Shown: positions 50,301 through 64,000 of the stretch, in pieces | Layout: each line of letters begins with the position of its first letter | How positions within the stretch are numbered: position 1 is the stretch's first letter | Assembly: GCA_038087875.1 (NCBI GenBank) | Contig: JAXLNO010000179.1 | Span: forward strand, 1 to 64,000 | Reading direction: 5' to 3' | From: Malacoraja senta | Taxonomy: Eukaryota | DNA: 64,000 nucleotides | Made by a program: the position numbers and the translations under genes | The notes under the pieces: generated by a model | Database searches by the model: none | What the model was told of the DNA's origin: nothing | Seen by the model: only the letters and a program-made list of their open reading frames with translations

Positions 50301-53300
50301 AAGTCATTGTTTTCTGTTTAAATCCAGTAATGATTCCTCGGACCTTGACCATGAGAGAGTTTGTTTTGCCACTGAATCATTTTGGGGCTTGATTCCAAAT
50401 ACAGGCTGTGAGGTTTGCTAAATTTGCAGTACAATTGCAGCCATGTCTGGATTACTGCATTAATTTAGTGAAGTTGGCATCTCTGAAGGTGGACAAATCA
50501 TCAGGTCCGGCAGAAATGTTTCCCAGCCAGTTAAAAGAAGCAAGGGTGGGAACAGCTGAGGTTCTGACTAAATGTTTTCAGTCTCCCCTTGCCAAAGGAA
50601 TGGTGCCAGAAAATTGCTCAAATTGTCGAGGGGTGCTTCCTGTTAGTATATAATAGCAAAGGTGCCCTAGGGATTCACACACGCCACTGTGGTGGCTGTT
50701 TATGTTTAATCTTTATGTCGTTTTGTGTCATGTTGCTTTTTTTGGTATGACTGTGTGGTAAATCAAATTTCACAGTACCTCAGTACACCTGACAATAAAG
50801 GACCATTAAACCATTGAATGCAAATTAATTATTTCATCCCGTGATTTCATTAATGATCATTTTAATTTTAATGTCTTAATACCAAGGTGGACTTGAAGAA
50901 TTGGTGCACTTGAATTACAAATGTTGCGTGTGTGTGATTTCCATTCTATGTTGCCCAGTTTTTATCACTGTTAGGAGGTATTAATCATTTGTTAACTTCC
51001 TCAGTTGCTGGAAGACCTCAAGGTAAATCTCCGTGAAAACGAAGAGGCATTATTGGAAAAGACACAACTTGTGTATGTGTTGCAGAACAAGCTTGATGGA
51101 AATAATCGGGAGCTAGCGGTAAGGACATCATTGTTTGCTGCTGTGTGAATCTCTATTACAGGGAAAGATTTCTGCAACCAGCTAAGGGATTCTGTTGTAA
51201 CTGGCAGTGAAATAAAAATAGCAGGGAGCCTCTTGGAATAAATCTGTAAATATGAAAAAATGTGAAGATTTTCTTTTGTATAAATCTTCCCATTCTTTTT
51301 TTCTAAATCAGCCCATCAACCCTTTTATGATCTGTTATAGTGCAGAATCACATTTTATGTGGAGCCTTGCAACATTGTCATTCTGGTTATGACAGGTTGT
51401 TGGCACTGCTGATCTGTGCCACCAATTTTTTGAGCCCTGATCAAGATCAGAAGAGATCTGCTATTTAAGATGCCAACACCACATCAACTTTTGATTATAA
51501 TGCAACAGTGTCACTACTGATTATATCTCTCTTCCATCTATTCTATTCCATATATAACTAAAACTCTCATCTTGACCACTTCCTATCTGCATTGTAATTC
51601 AATTTGAGCAAAAACGATCCTGCTTAGTGCTACGAATGTGTTGGGGAATGGGACCAGGCCTCCTGTGTGACTGGGACCCAACAGTTTAGTTGTTCTTCAT
51701 TGTCCCATCCACTAGTGGGAGAGTCTAGGAGTAGAGGTCATAGCCTCAGATTTAAAGGACGTTCCTTTGGGAAGGAGATTAGGAGGAATTTCTTTAGTCA
51801 GAAATAAGGGGTTGCCCATTTAATGCATTAGCATGTTTATTTCTCTGACAACGGCATGCGTGTTTGGAACTATGTTTGTCAAAGTGTAGACAGTGCAGGC
51901 TCGTAGAATATTTTCAAGACAGTGGGGATCGATTCATGATAAACTGGGTGAATGTATACATTAGGTCAGTGATGATCTTAATGAAAGGCAGAACAGACCT
52001 GATGGACTGAATCGGTATTCCTGCAGAATGTTCTGCTGAAGTTCTGACTTCATGTTTTCAGTCTCCCCATGCCAAAGGAATGGTGCCAGAAAATTGCTCA
52101 AATTGTCGAGGGGTGCTTCCTGTTAGTATATAATAGCAAAGATGAAATTGTACAGGAGAAGATGCAGATGAGATTTAGTTTAGTTAATTGTCACATGTAT
52201 CGAGTAAACTATTAAAGAATACAAGTTTCTGACAAATTTTGAGGGATTGGGTGAGGAGGCAATGTGTTGGGTGGCACACTGGCGCAGCGGTAGAGTTGCT
52301 GCCTTGCAGCACTTGCAGCGCCAGAGACCCGGGTTCCATCCCAATTACGGGTGCTGTCTGGACGTTCTCCCCTTGACTGTGTGAGTTTTGCTTTTGTTTG
52401 TTTTTAGTCTGTTTTATTTGTGTGTGTTAGCGTATCTTTAGTTTTGTATTATGTGGGGGGAGGGGGGGTTGGGGATACGAGAAACTTTTTTATCTGTTCC
52501 CTCGACGGAAGTGCGACTTTTTCCGTATTGCATCTCCGTCAGCATTGTGGCCTAACATCGTGGAGCTGGAGGTAGCTTTGTTAGGGATCAACGTCGGGAG
52601 CTCCAACTGCAGGAGCTTTGATCGCCGACTGCGGGAGCTTCGATCGCCCCGACTGCGGGTGTTTCGATTGCCCCGACCGTGGGAGAAAAGGAGGAAAATT
52701 GTAAAAGTTATTCGCCTTCCATCACTGTGTGGAATATGTGGTCGCCGAAAAACACGATGTACGAGCTGCCTGCCCTGGTGGGGACTCTGAGGGATTGCCG
52801 TGAGTGCAGTGATCCTGGAGTCTGGTTCGAGTGTGGACGGCTTTCTGACTTTGGGCGGACAGGGACTGCAGAGAGAGTACAGCGGTCGGTGAAGGAGCAT
52901 GTGTGTGGCCCGGACATTGAACTGATGGCTGTGTGTCTCCGCCTATCCTGGGTGCCCTAGAGATTCACACATGCCACTGTGGTGGCTGTTTATGTTTAAT
53001 CTTTATGTCAATTTGTGTCATGTTGATTTTTTTGGTATGACTGTGTGGTAAATCAAATTTCACAGTACCTCAGTACACCTGACAATAAAGGACCATTAAA
53101 CCATTGAATGCAAATTAATTATTTCATCCCGTGATTTCATTAATGATCATTTTAATTTTAATGTCTTAATACCAAGGTGGACTTGAAGAATTGGTGCACA
53201 TGAATTACAAATGTTGCGTGTGTGTGATTTCCATTCTATGTTGCCCAGTTTTTATCACTGTTAGGAGGTATTAATCATTTGTTAACTTCCTCAGTTGCTG

Positions 53301-56300
53301 GAAGACCTCAAGGTAAAACTCCGTGAAAACGAAGAGGCATTATTGGAAAAGACACAACTTGTGTATGTGTTGCAGAACAAGCTTGATGGAAATAATCGGG
53401 AGCTAGCGGTAAGGACATCATTGTTTGCTGCTGTGTGAATCTCTATTACAGGGAAAGATTTCTGCAACCAGCTAAGGGATTCTGTTGTAACTGGCAGTGA
53501 AATAAAAATAGCAGGGAGCCTCTTGGAATAAATCTGTAAATATGAAAATATGTGAAGATTTTCTTTTGTATAAATCTTCCCATTCTTTTTTTCTAAATCA
53601 GCCCATCAACCCTTTTATGATCTGTTATAGTGCAGAATCACATTTTATGTGGAGCCTTGCATCATTGTCATTCTGGTTATGACAGGTCAGCATTGCTGAT
53701 CTGTGCCACCAATTTTTTGAGCCCTGATCAAGATCAGAAGAGATCTGCTATTTAAGATGCCAACAACACATGAACTCTTGATTATAATGCAACAGTGTCA
53801 CTACTGATTATATCTATCTTCCATCTATCTTCTATTCCATATATATTACTAAAACTCTCATCTTGACCACTTCCTGTATGCGTTGTAATTACATTTGAGC
53901 AAAAACGATCCTGCTTAGTGCTACGAATGTGTTGGGGAATGGGACCAGGCCTCCTGTGTGACTGGGACCCAACAGTTTACTTCTTCATTTTCCCATCCAC
54001 TAGTGGGAGAGTCTAGGAGTAGAGGTCATAGCCTCAGATTTAAAGGACGATCCTTTGGTAAGGAGATTAGGAGGAATTTCTTTAGTCAGAAATAAGGGGT
54101 TGCCCATTTAATGCATTAGCATGTTTATTTCTCTGACAACGGCATGCGTGTTTGGAACTATGTTTGTCAAAGTGTAGACAGTGCAGGCTCGTAGAATATT
54201 TTCAAGACAGTGGGGATCGATTCATGATAAAATGGGTGAATGTGTACATTAGGTCAGTGATGATCTTAATGAAAGGCAGAACAGACCTGATGGACTGAAT
54301 CGGTATTCCTGCAATGTGAAAACAGACAACTGCAAATGCTGGTTTATACCAAAGATATAAGTGCTGGAGTAACTCAGTTGAATAAGGATCCTGACCTGAA
54401 ACATCATCCATCCTTTTTTTCTAAAGATGTTGCCTGACCTGTAGAGTTATTCCTGGACTTTGTGTCTAACTCAGGTACTGCTCCCTTGAGGAGGCACATA
54501 TCTGTGAGCTATAGTAGTCCTGTGAATATCCATCATCCACACCATTTCGTACATGGATTTTAATGCTTGCACTTCAAGCGTTTTTGATCAGTGAACCATT
54601 AAAAATATATTTACGCTTGATATTACCGTTGATGAAACAAGCAGACAAGTTCTTTGACCTTTATGACATTTCACTGTATGCAATTTTGTAACGATAGTCA
54701 GCAGTTTCAAGTAAATGGGTGACTAAAGTCCACCGTGTGGCGCCGTAAGTGGCAGCCTCGCCAACAGCCTGTCTCGTCATTTTCTTCTTTTGTTTGCTTT
54801 TATTCTATTTTATTTGTATGTGTTAGCGTATCTTTAGTTTTGTATTATGTGGGGGGTGGGGGTGGGGGAAACAAAACTTTTTAAATCTCTTATCTCGACG
54901 GAGATGCATCTTTTTCCGTATTGCATCTCCGCCAGCATTGTGGCCTAACATCGTGGAGCTGGAGGTAGCTTTGTTAGGGATCAACGTCGGGGGTGGATGA
55001 TTGCAGCCTTCACGTGGTCCACCCTGTTGCGACTAATGCAATCAACCCGGCGTGCACAATCAAATAAGATCAAATAGAACAAGTTGTCCTACAACTTTAG
55101 GCTGTGCATGCCATACGCAAGAAGAAGAAGAAGGATCAACGTTGGGAGCTCCACTGCAGGAGCTTTGACCGCCCCGATTGCGGGAGCCACGATTGCTCCG
55201 TTGTGGGGCCTTTGATCGCCGACGGCGGGTGTTTCGATTGCCCCGACCGCGGGAGAAAAGGAGGAAGATGGTAAAAGTTATTCGCCTTCCATCACAGTGT
55301 GGAATATGTGGTCGCCGAAAAACACGATGGATGAGCTGCCTGCCCTGGTGGTGAGTCGGAGGGATTGCCGTGAGAGCAGTGATCCTGGAGTCTGGTGCGA
55401 GTGTGGACGGCTTTCTGATTTTGGGCAGACAGGGACTGCAGAGAGAATACAGCGGTCGGCGAAGGAGCGTGTGTGTGGCCCGGATATTGAACTGATGGCT
55501 GTGGGTCTCTGCCTATCCTGTGTGCCCTAGAGATTCTCACACGCCGCTGTGATGGCTATTTATGTTTAATCTTTATGTCGTTTTGTATCTTGTTGCTTTT
55601 TTGGTATGACTGTGTGGTAAATCAAATTTCACTGTACCTCAGTACATGTGACAATAAAGGACCATTAAACCATTGAATGCAAATTAATGATTTCATCCCC
55701 TGATTTCATTAATGATAATTTTAATTTTAATGTCTTTAATACCAAGGTGGAATTGAAGAATTGATGCACTTGAATTACAAATGTTGCGTGTGTGTGATTT
55801 CCATTCTATGTTGCCCAGTTTTTATCACTGTTAGGAGGTATTAATCACTTGTTATCTTCCTCAGTTGCTGGAAGACTTCAAGGTAAAACTCCGTGAAAAA
55901 GAAGAGGCACTGCTGGAAACAACACAACTTGTTGAAGTGCTGCAGGACAAGCTCGAAGGGATGTGTTGGGAGCTAGTGGTAAGGAAATCATTGTTTGCTG
56001 CTGTGTGAATCTCTATTACAGGGAAAGATCTCTGCAACCAGCTAAGGGATTCTGTTGTAACTGGCAGTGAAATAAAAATAGCAGGGAACCTCTTGGAAAT
56101 AAATCTGTAAATATGAAAATATGTGAAGATTTTATTTTGTATAAATCTTTCCATTCTTTTTTTTCAAATTCAGCCCATCAACCCTTTTGTGATCTGTTAT
56201 AGTGCAGAATCACATTTTATGTGGAGCCTTGCAACATTGTCATTCTGGTTATGACAGGTTGTTGACACTGCTGATCTGTGCCACCAATTTTTCTCAGCCG

Positions 56301-59300
56301 TGACCAAGATCAGAAGAGATCTGCTATTTAAGATGCCAACAACACATGAACTCTTGATTATAATGCAACAGTGTCACTACTGATTATACCGTTCTTCATT
56401 TCCCCATCCACTAGTGGGAGAGTCTAGGACTAGAGGTCATAGCCTCAGAATTAAATGATGTCCTTTAGGAAGGAGATGAGGAGGAATTTCTTTAGTCAGA
56501 GGATGGTGAATCTGTGGAATTCATTGCCACAGAAGGCTGTGTAGGACGTCAGTGGATATTTCTAAGGCAGAGATAGATAGATTCATGATTAGTATGGTGT
56601 CAGAGATGAAGGGAGGAGAACAGGAGGGAGAGATAGATGATTGGATGGTGCAGGAGACTTGATGGGCCAATTCTGCTTCTATCACATGACCTTATGATAA
56701 CTTTTAATTTTGATGACTACTTGACAATTCCATTTTGACCGGTTCATCTTTTCTTGCTTATCTGCTTGGCTTATTCATTTCATTCATTTAATGTTACTTT
56801 GGAAAGCTGCATTAATTTAAGCTTAATGGGCCTGTCCCACAGGTGACTTTTTAGGCGACTGCAGGAGACTATGCAGTCATCACATGGTCGCCATATGTTC
56901 GCGGGTGGTGGTTGGAGAGTCGCCTTCATGGTCGTGAGGAGTTCCTGCATTCCGTGGAACTCGTCGCGGCCTCCTTATGGTCGCCGCAACTTTTTCAAAA
57001 TGGAGATTAGCGAGAATTCCCGTGCCATAGGTCCTAATGGGTTGCCAGGAGGTCGAAGGTTCTCGTATGTTATAGCCGGTGCTGACCGGTGAATTTCATT
57101 GGCTCATTGGGAATAAAAACGTAAAGAGTAGTTTTCAGAACCAAGGATCATCGACCAGTAATGTTAATGTCCGCCGAGCTTCACAGCCGTGGATCTCTGG
57201 CTTCTTAAAAGTTGTCTCCACTCCTTTTTCCTCCTTCTCCCCCCCTCTTTTAAAGGACTTACTGTCCACTGTGCTTTAGCCGTCTTAATAACAGCGCCAA
57301 CCTTCCTGTTCATCGCGGTGTGTGTCTATCACCTTGGCTTTGCACCATGTCAATTTCACCCAGACAGCGCTCCCCCCGCTTGCCCTGTCTCCTGCCTGCA
57401 TAATGGGCTGGTGAAGGAAGGGAGGGGTGTGTGTGTGTGTGCGCGTGTGTGCGTGTGTGTGTGTCTGTCTGTGTGTCTGTGTGTCTGTGTCTGTGTGTGT
57501 CTGACAGTCGCCGTTCCAGTTGCCGGTTTTTCAGGCCACTGCCAGCAACTTGACAGTCGCCTGACAAATTGCCTTAGTGGAACATGCCCTTTAGGCTCCC
57601 GAATGTCTCTTTAGTTTAATTTGGGTACTTTTTACTTTTTTAGGAGTGTGTTGTAGATTTATGCAAGGAATCCAAAGAAAATGAAAATCTCACCTACAAG
57701 CTTCTGGCTGAAGAGAATGCGATGCGAACCAAGGTCCGAGATATGACGGAAAGTCACAAGGATTTAACAAATCTCAAAGGTAAACACAGCACTCAGCTCC
57801 GTAAAATCAGGGAGAAACATACACAAGAAACATCAGAGAAAGATCAGTGCTGTTTACAACTTTTAAGACCTTACGCCAAGTTCTGTGCACCACTTGCAAA
57901 ACAGGCAACTGGTTCTTTAAATTATTTCACTGAACGGAAGATTAAAGAACTGGAAGGTAATTACTCAGTTGACCTGTTAATATTTTTGACCATAAATGTT
58001 CCTACCGCAGATTTGTACATCTGTCGTCTCGTGGTAGGGTGTAGGTTTGCCTTAAAATATTCTAGCATTAGAGGAATGGAGTGGATTTTATGACAAAACA
58101 TCACTTAATTTTTGTTTTGCCGTGTAATTATCTCGTCCCTGGAACCTCAAGAGATTTTGTGTATGCAAATTGGTTGCTGTAATTCCCATATTTTATCACT
58201 GATCACACTTAAAAATATACTTCATTGGTTGTATATGTACCATGATTTTTGCATTGATTTTCCAGCATCTGCAGTTCCTTCTTGAACATATGATTTCACT
58301 GATTGCCAATAACTGCGGTGGAAATAATTACAAATTGTGGAGGTACTGCTTTTTTTGCAACAAATATCAGATCATTATGGGTGTTTTTTCCTTTCTCTTT
58401 CTTAAAGAACAAGTGAGGCTTATGAAGCAAGAGGCTGAAAAATCAGAGGCCAGGTTCATGATAATGGAAGCTTCATCCAAATTGAAAATCAAACAGGTTC
58501 AAGAGGAGCTGGACAATGTACAGGTACCCCAAATAAAAATCTCTTGCGCCTGGTGATGATTAACTGAATATTAATCTGTTTGCCATTTACCTAGAATGAA
58601 ATGACTTTATCTTATAAAAAAAAGGAAAATTGATGGTATGTTATTCCGTGAGTTGTTGAAGCATTGTAGATTTTTTTTTTTTTTTACAGTTAGTTATGTA
58701 CATTGTAGATTTTTAATCTGGGCTCAACTGTATGAAGGAGTGCTTCCCTACATTTCACTGCTCACTCCATTCCGTGTAGAACCCCTTTCTGAAAAGTAAG
58801 TGACATGGGATAGATGTGAGTCTGCAGGAACATTCAATCATAAAATAGTTGTGGTAGAATGGAGCTATCGGCAGTGGCACATTAAAAGTACAATGCATGC
58901 TAAAATTATTTAGAGAGTCATACTGTTCAGAAACAGGCCCTTTAGCCCAACTTGCCCACACTGACCAACATGATTCATCTACACTAGTCTTACCTGCCTG
59001 TAGAGTCATAAAGCAAAATATTTAATCTAGAGTTTGAATGGTGACTATTTTACAGACCACTAGAAATCCCTTGGGTTTAATTGACACTAAACTTTTTTCT
59101 ACCCAGCTTGAATCCACTCAGAAGCTGCTGCTGGAGCTCAAAGACGTCGAGGTTGACTTTGAGGAGGAGAACGAGCAGATAAACCTGAAAGTGAACTGGC
59201 TACAATACGTCGAGGCACAAAATGGTGTGTGTATAGTATGACTTTAATTGAGTAAGAAGGAACTGGGGATGCTGGTTTACACCGAAGATAGACACAAAAT

Positions 59301-62300
59301 GTTGGAGACAGCAGGTCAGGCAGCATCTCTGAAGAAAAGAAAAGGTGATGTTTCGGATCAAGACCCTTCATCAGACTGAGAGTCAGGGAGGGGTAAATTA
59401 GAGGTATGGGGAGGTACAGAACAAAGCAGAGCCTGCATCGATGACCCAGGGAGGGTGGAGCAGACAATGGTCCATTGTTGGCTGGGGATGACGTGATAAT
59501 GAATGAATACAAATGGTGAAATTAGCAAGAGGACTAGGGTGGGGGAGAGAGACCGAGAGAGAGAGAGAATGGAAGGGTTATTTGGTTAGAGATCCTTCAT
59601 TCTCTTGTGTAAGAAGGAACTGCAGTTGCTGGTTTAAACTGAAGATAGACACATAAACCTGGAATAGGTCAGCGGGGACAGGCAGCATCTGTGGAGAGAA
59701 AGAATGGGTGACGTCTCGGGTCAGGACCCCTCCTTGTTCTCTTTATTTAAATGGTGATACGTGTTTTCTTACAGAGAAGCTTGAAGCAATATTGGAAGAA
59801 TATGAAGAGCAAAAACCGAACATTCATGCAGATTTAGAACAAGCTATCGAGGGAGCAACTTCCCAGGTTGGGAGAATTTGTGATGCATTTAATTCCTCCA
59901 CGTACAATCTTAATTCCAAGCGTGCGCATTCTGCACAGATGCAACCGTCTCAAGTATCCTGTTATTTAATATTACATTGTATTTTATGTTGCTTATTCCG
60001 ATTATTTTTTTTAATGGGTCATTTAAGTAAATTTTTATTTTGCTCTTTTCTATCATCATCCTTACTTTTTGGCTTGATGCTTGCATCTGAGGGGTGCTAT
60101 TTGCTTCCACTGTATGCATCACCACACACCTTGGACATGGAGAAAGTCTCCTGAATTTACTAGTGTGGTCGGGGAAGCAACAGAGTATTTCCAGACTTTT
60201 AAATCTAGTTTGGGTAATTTTACCTATTAATATTATACGGTCATAAGGAACAGGAGTAGAATTAGGTCATTCGGCCCATCAAGTCTACCCCACCATTCAA
60301 TCATGGTCGATCAATTACTCCCTCCTAATCCCATTCTCCTACCTTCTCCTCATAATCTCTGACACCTGTACTAATCAAGAATCTATCTATGCCTTAAAAA
60401 TATCCACTGACTTGGCCTCTACAGCCATCTGTGGCAAAGAATTCCACAGATTCACCACCCTCTGGGTAAAGAAATGTTACCTCATCTCCTTCCAAAAAGA
60501 AAGTCCTTTAGTCTAGACCTAAAGGGCATAGCCTCAGGATAAGGATTGGATTCAAAGCTGCAATAGACAATAGGCAATAGGTGCAGGAGCGGGCCATTCG
60601 GCCTTTCAAGCCAGCACCGCCATTCAACACGATCATGGCTGATCATCCCCAATCAGTAGCCCGTTCCTGCTTTCTCCCTATATCCCGTGACTCCGCTATC
60701 TTTCAGAGCCCTATCTAGCTCTCTCTTGAAAGCATCCAGAGAACCGGCCACCACCACCCTCTGAGGCAGTGAATTCCACAGACTCACAACTCTCTGTGTG
60801 AAAAAGTGTTTCCTCATCTCTGTTCTAAATGGCTTACCCCTTATTCTTAAATTGTGGCCCCCTGGTTCTGGAATCCCCCAACATCAGGAACATGTTTCCT
60901 GCCTCTAGCGTGTCCAAGCCTTTAATAATCTTATCTGTTTCAATAAGATACCCTCTCATCCTTCTAAACACCAGAGTATACAAGCCCAGCTGCTCCATTC
61001 TCGCAGCATATGACAGTCTCGGCATCCTGGAAATTAACCTTGTAAACCTATGCTGCACTCCTTCAATAGCAAGAATGTCCTGCATACAATACTCCAGGTG
61101 TGGTCTCACTCGGGCCCTATACAACTGCAGAAGGACCTCTTTGCTCCTATACTCAACTCCTCTTGTTGTGAAGTCCAACATGCCATTCGCTTTCTTCACT
61201 GCCTGCTGTAGCTGCATGCTTACTTTCATTGACTGATGAACAAGGACCCTCGAATTCTGTTGTACTTCCCCTTTTCCCAACTTGACATCATTTAGATAAT
61301 AATCACCCTTCCTGTTTTTGCAACCAAAGTGGATAACGGCACATTTATCCACATTAAACTGCACCTGCCATGCATCTGCCCACTCCCCCAAACTGTACAA
61401 GTCACCCTGCAAAGCATCCTCCTCACAGTTCACACTGCCACCCAGCTTTATGCCATCTGCAAATTTGCTAATGTTACTTTGATTCCCTTCATCTAAATCA
61501 TGTATGTATATTGTAAATATCTGCACAGAGCCTTGCAGTACCCAACTAGTCACTGCCTGCCATTCTGAAAGGGACCTGTTAATCCCTACTCTTTGTTACC
61601 TGTCTGCCAACCAATTTTCTATCCATGACAGCACTCTAGCCCTAATACCATGTGCCCTAATTTTGTCCACTAATCCCCCATGTGGGACCTATATGAAATG
61701 CTTTCTGAAAGTCCAGGTACACTACATCCATTGGCTCTCCCTTGTCCATTTTCCTAGTTACAGCCTCAAAAAATTACAGATTAGTCAAGCATGAAACCCT
61801 TCGTAAATCCATGCTAACCTGGACCGATCCTGTTACTGCTATCCAAATGTGCCGCTATTTCATCTTTTATAATTGGCTCCAGCATCTTCCCCACCACCGA
61901 TGTCAGGCTAACTGGTGTATAATTCCCTGTTTTCTCTCTCCCGCCTTTCTCAAAAAATGGGATAACATTAGCTACCCTCCAATCCACAGGAACTGATCCT
62001 GAATCTATAAAACATTGGAAAATGATCACCAATGCGTCCAGATTTCTAGAGCCACTTTCTTAAGTACCCTGGGATGCAGACCATCAGGCCCTGGGGATTT
62101 ATCAGCCTTCAGTCTCATCAGTCTACCCAACACTATTTCCTTCCTAATGTGGATTTCTTTCAGTTCCTCCGTCACGACAGATCCTCTGGCCACTAGTACA
62201 TCAGGAAGATTGTTTGTGTCCTCCTCAGTGAAGACGGATCCAACGTACTTGACATTTCTCCTCTGAGGGTTGAGAATCTTTTGAGTTCTTTACCCTCCGG

Positions 62301-63060
62301 AGCTGTGGGTGGAGAACCATTCAGTATATTCAAGGGTTAGCCAGTTAGAATTTTACACTGTGGGAAAATTGAGGGATATGGGGATTAGGTAAATGTTTAG
62401 ATCAAAGATCAAATCAGCCATGATCATGTGATAGAATGAATAAGGCTCAAGGGCTGATTTTTTAATGTAATAAAAGTTTCCAATTCTACAACTTGCAATT
62501 CTAATGACATGTAACAATATGTCTTGAAGGTATGAGGCCAAAAGGAACAAGTGACTGCTTCATTGCCCATAGGTCCATTTATCTTAAAGACAATTAAAAT
62601 AATTTTACTTATATCTGAAAATCACTGAAATCATCAAATCATTTCCAGCAGAGAATAAAAAATGGTAAACTTTTAAAAACTATATTTTTCACCATGAAGT
62701 TCTGTTTTTAATGCTTATCACACCTTTGGTCCTCTTGCTGAATAACTCTAAACTTCAAATCAGCTTGCTATTTTGTTAATCAAATATATCCGGGAGGCAA
62801 ACATAGAGAATCATTAATCTGGTATCATGCTGAAGCGCTTCTGTTTCTTATGGCATAATCTAATTGGTCAGTTAGATGAGTGGATGATGTTGCTCTGTGT
62901 GTGATGTGTCTGTAGACAAGTGAATCTGAATATGCAGAGGAACTGCACAGCTGCCTGATGAAGTGGCGAGAAACGGTTTCTAAGCCGACACCGAGCCATG
63001 ACAACGATGATTTCACTGTCATGGAATTAAGGAGGAGGCAACTTGAGGAAGAAAGAAAAG
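47333..63060 (+). CDS. Golgin subfamily B member 1 (giantin)-like coiled-coil protein, 5' part; exons 47333-47380, 49481-49627, 51005-51118, 53295-53408, 55865-55978, 57644-57956, 58408-58523, 59107-59224, 59775-59866, 62916-63060; continues beyond the window
   Basis: All exons have AG/GT boundaries with compatible phases (0,0,0,0,0,1,0,1,0) and no stops. LTEQLAQHEQLVVQLKDQIQDKETQL resembles the giantin N-terminus (ERLAYAEQLVVELKDIIRQKDVQL). The product is heptad-rich in E/K/L/Q. The first exon and the 59866 donor are less certain. Confidence 0.7.
50660..56390 (+). repeat. Tandem triplication of an intron-exon-intron block (copies start at about 50660, 52951, 55521)
   Basis: Near-identical ~1.4-kb blocks for copies 1 and 2, and a shorter, more diverged copy 3; exon spacing is 2290 and 2570 bp. 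Confidence 0.92.
56827..57590. mobile_element. PIF/Harbinger-type MITE
   Basis: TAA-TGGGCCTGTCCCAC ... GTGGAACATGCCCT-TTA: imperfect TIRs with TWA flanks. Related right ends at about 34138-34151 and 16732-16745. Confidence 0.65.
60565..62250 (-). mobile_element. CR1 LINE, 5'-truncated, intronic
   Basis: GNYTPVSLTSVVGKMLE, SKFADGIKLGG, RVRPHLEYC, and a 3' tail near 60565. Confidence 0.88.
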
Positions 63061-64000
63061 GTAAATAGCGGTGCTCTCTGGTTCTCACTTGGAACGAATC
63101 ATACAGTTTATTTTGTTTTAATTTAAAATATTTAAGAAGTGAATGACTTGATTAGTGATCTTGATGACTTGAAAGACGAGTGCACCTCTATTTAGGGATC
63201 TGTTTGTTGTCCATATTTCAGTCGAGACAAAGGCTACTGTCGATTTTTTTAAAGGTGGAATTCTAATGTTTTTACTTTCAGCATCAAAATCCATGCTGAC
63301 ACTAGTTTTGTCCAGCTGTTTAACGTGGGCAGGTTAATTGGCTTGGGTTAATTGGCTTTCCATCTCATCTATATCCTGCTGTAACCTTGGACAAACCTCC
63401 TCGCTCTCCACAAACCACCAATTTTCATGTCATCTGCAAGCTTATATCCTACATTGTGATCCAAGCTGTTATCACCAAACAACGGAAGTCTCAGCTGTGA
63501 TTCCTGTGGTACCACAATAATCACAAATTTCCCATCAGAAAAACATCCTTCCATCATTGCCTCCTATTTAGATCCAACTGGCCAGCCCACCTTACATTGC
63601 ATGTGCCCAAATCTTCTGCACTCGCCTACCATGTGGGACCCGATGAAATTAATGCACTAGTAATGTACTAAAGTGATTAGTAGAATCCAGTTAAAGCTAC
63701 TGCTCATTTTCCAAAATTGTTATAAACCCCAACTAAAATATACTTTCATTGAATTCTTTAGTTAATTCAGTAATCTAATCATTTTTATAACATTTAATGC
63801 AGTTAAATTTCCAATTACGTACTTTAGAGTGAGTTTTTATAAATACGCAAGTTTCACTGAAAGACTAGGAGGTTTATTTAACACAGGCAAGTGGGGTTAA
63901 TATAGATGGCCATGATAGTCGGCACAGACACATTGGATGGAAAAGGGCATGTTTCTGTGTTGTACAACTCTTTGGAATATTTAGTAGTGAAAGGGAACAC

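Overview
Eukaryotic, repeat-rich vertebrate DNA, most likely from a cartilaginous fish (skate/ray). This is inferred from the elasmobranch-type CR1 LINEs, HE1/V-SINE-like tRNA SINEs and a GPR139-like receptor. Host-gene content: (1) an intact two-exon orphan class A GPCR on the minus strand (1407-4695); (2) an apparently decaying 5'-partial copy of a SUN2-like gene (37868-40709); (3) a multi-exon golgin-B1-like coiled-coil gene (47333 to beyond 63060) with one 114-nt exon tandemly triplicated. The most notable system is a P-element-superfamily DNA transposon. It has a CAAAGA... terminal repeat at 8570 and a spliced, decayed THAP + P-transposase gene (8673-13007), with a second THAP remnant nearby. 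Several 36-41 bp relics made of two fused TIR stubs also occur, two of them bracketed by 8-bp target-site duplications; these look like P-type excision footprints. Also present: a Penelope-like GIY-YIG retroelement with dispersed minimal hammerhead-like motifs, Academ-like remnants, a Rex/Babar LINE, many CR1 pieces, LTR-like segments, a PIF/Harbinger MITE, minisatellites, local duplications, and a ~200-codon fossil frame whose only stops are TGA. All family and gene assignments come from motif recognition by eye; no database searches were run.
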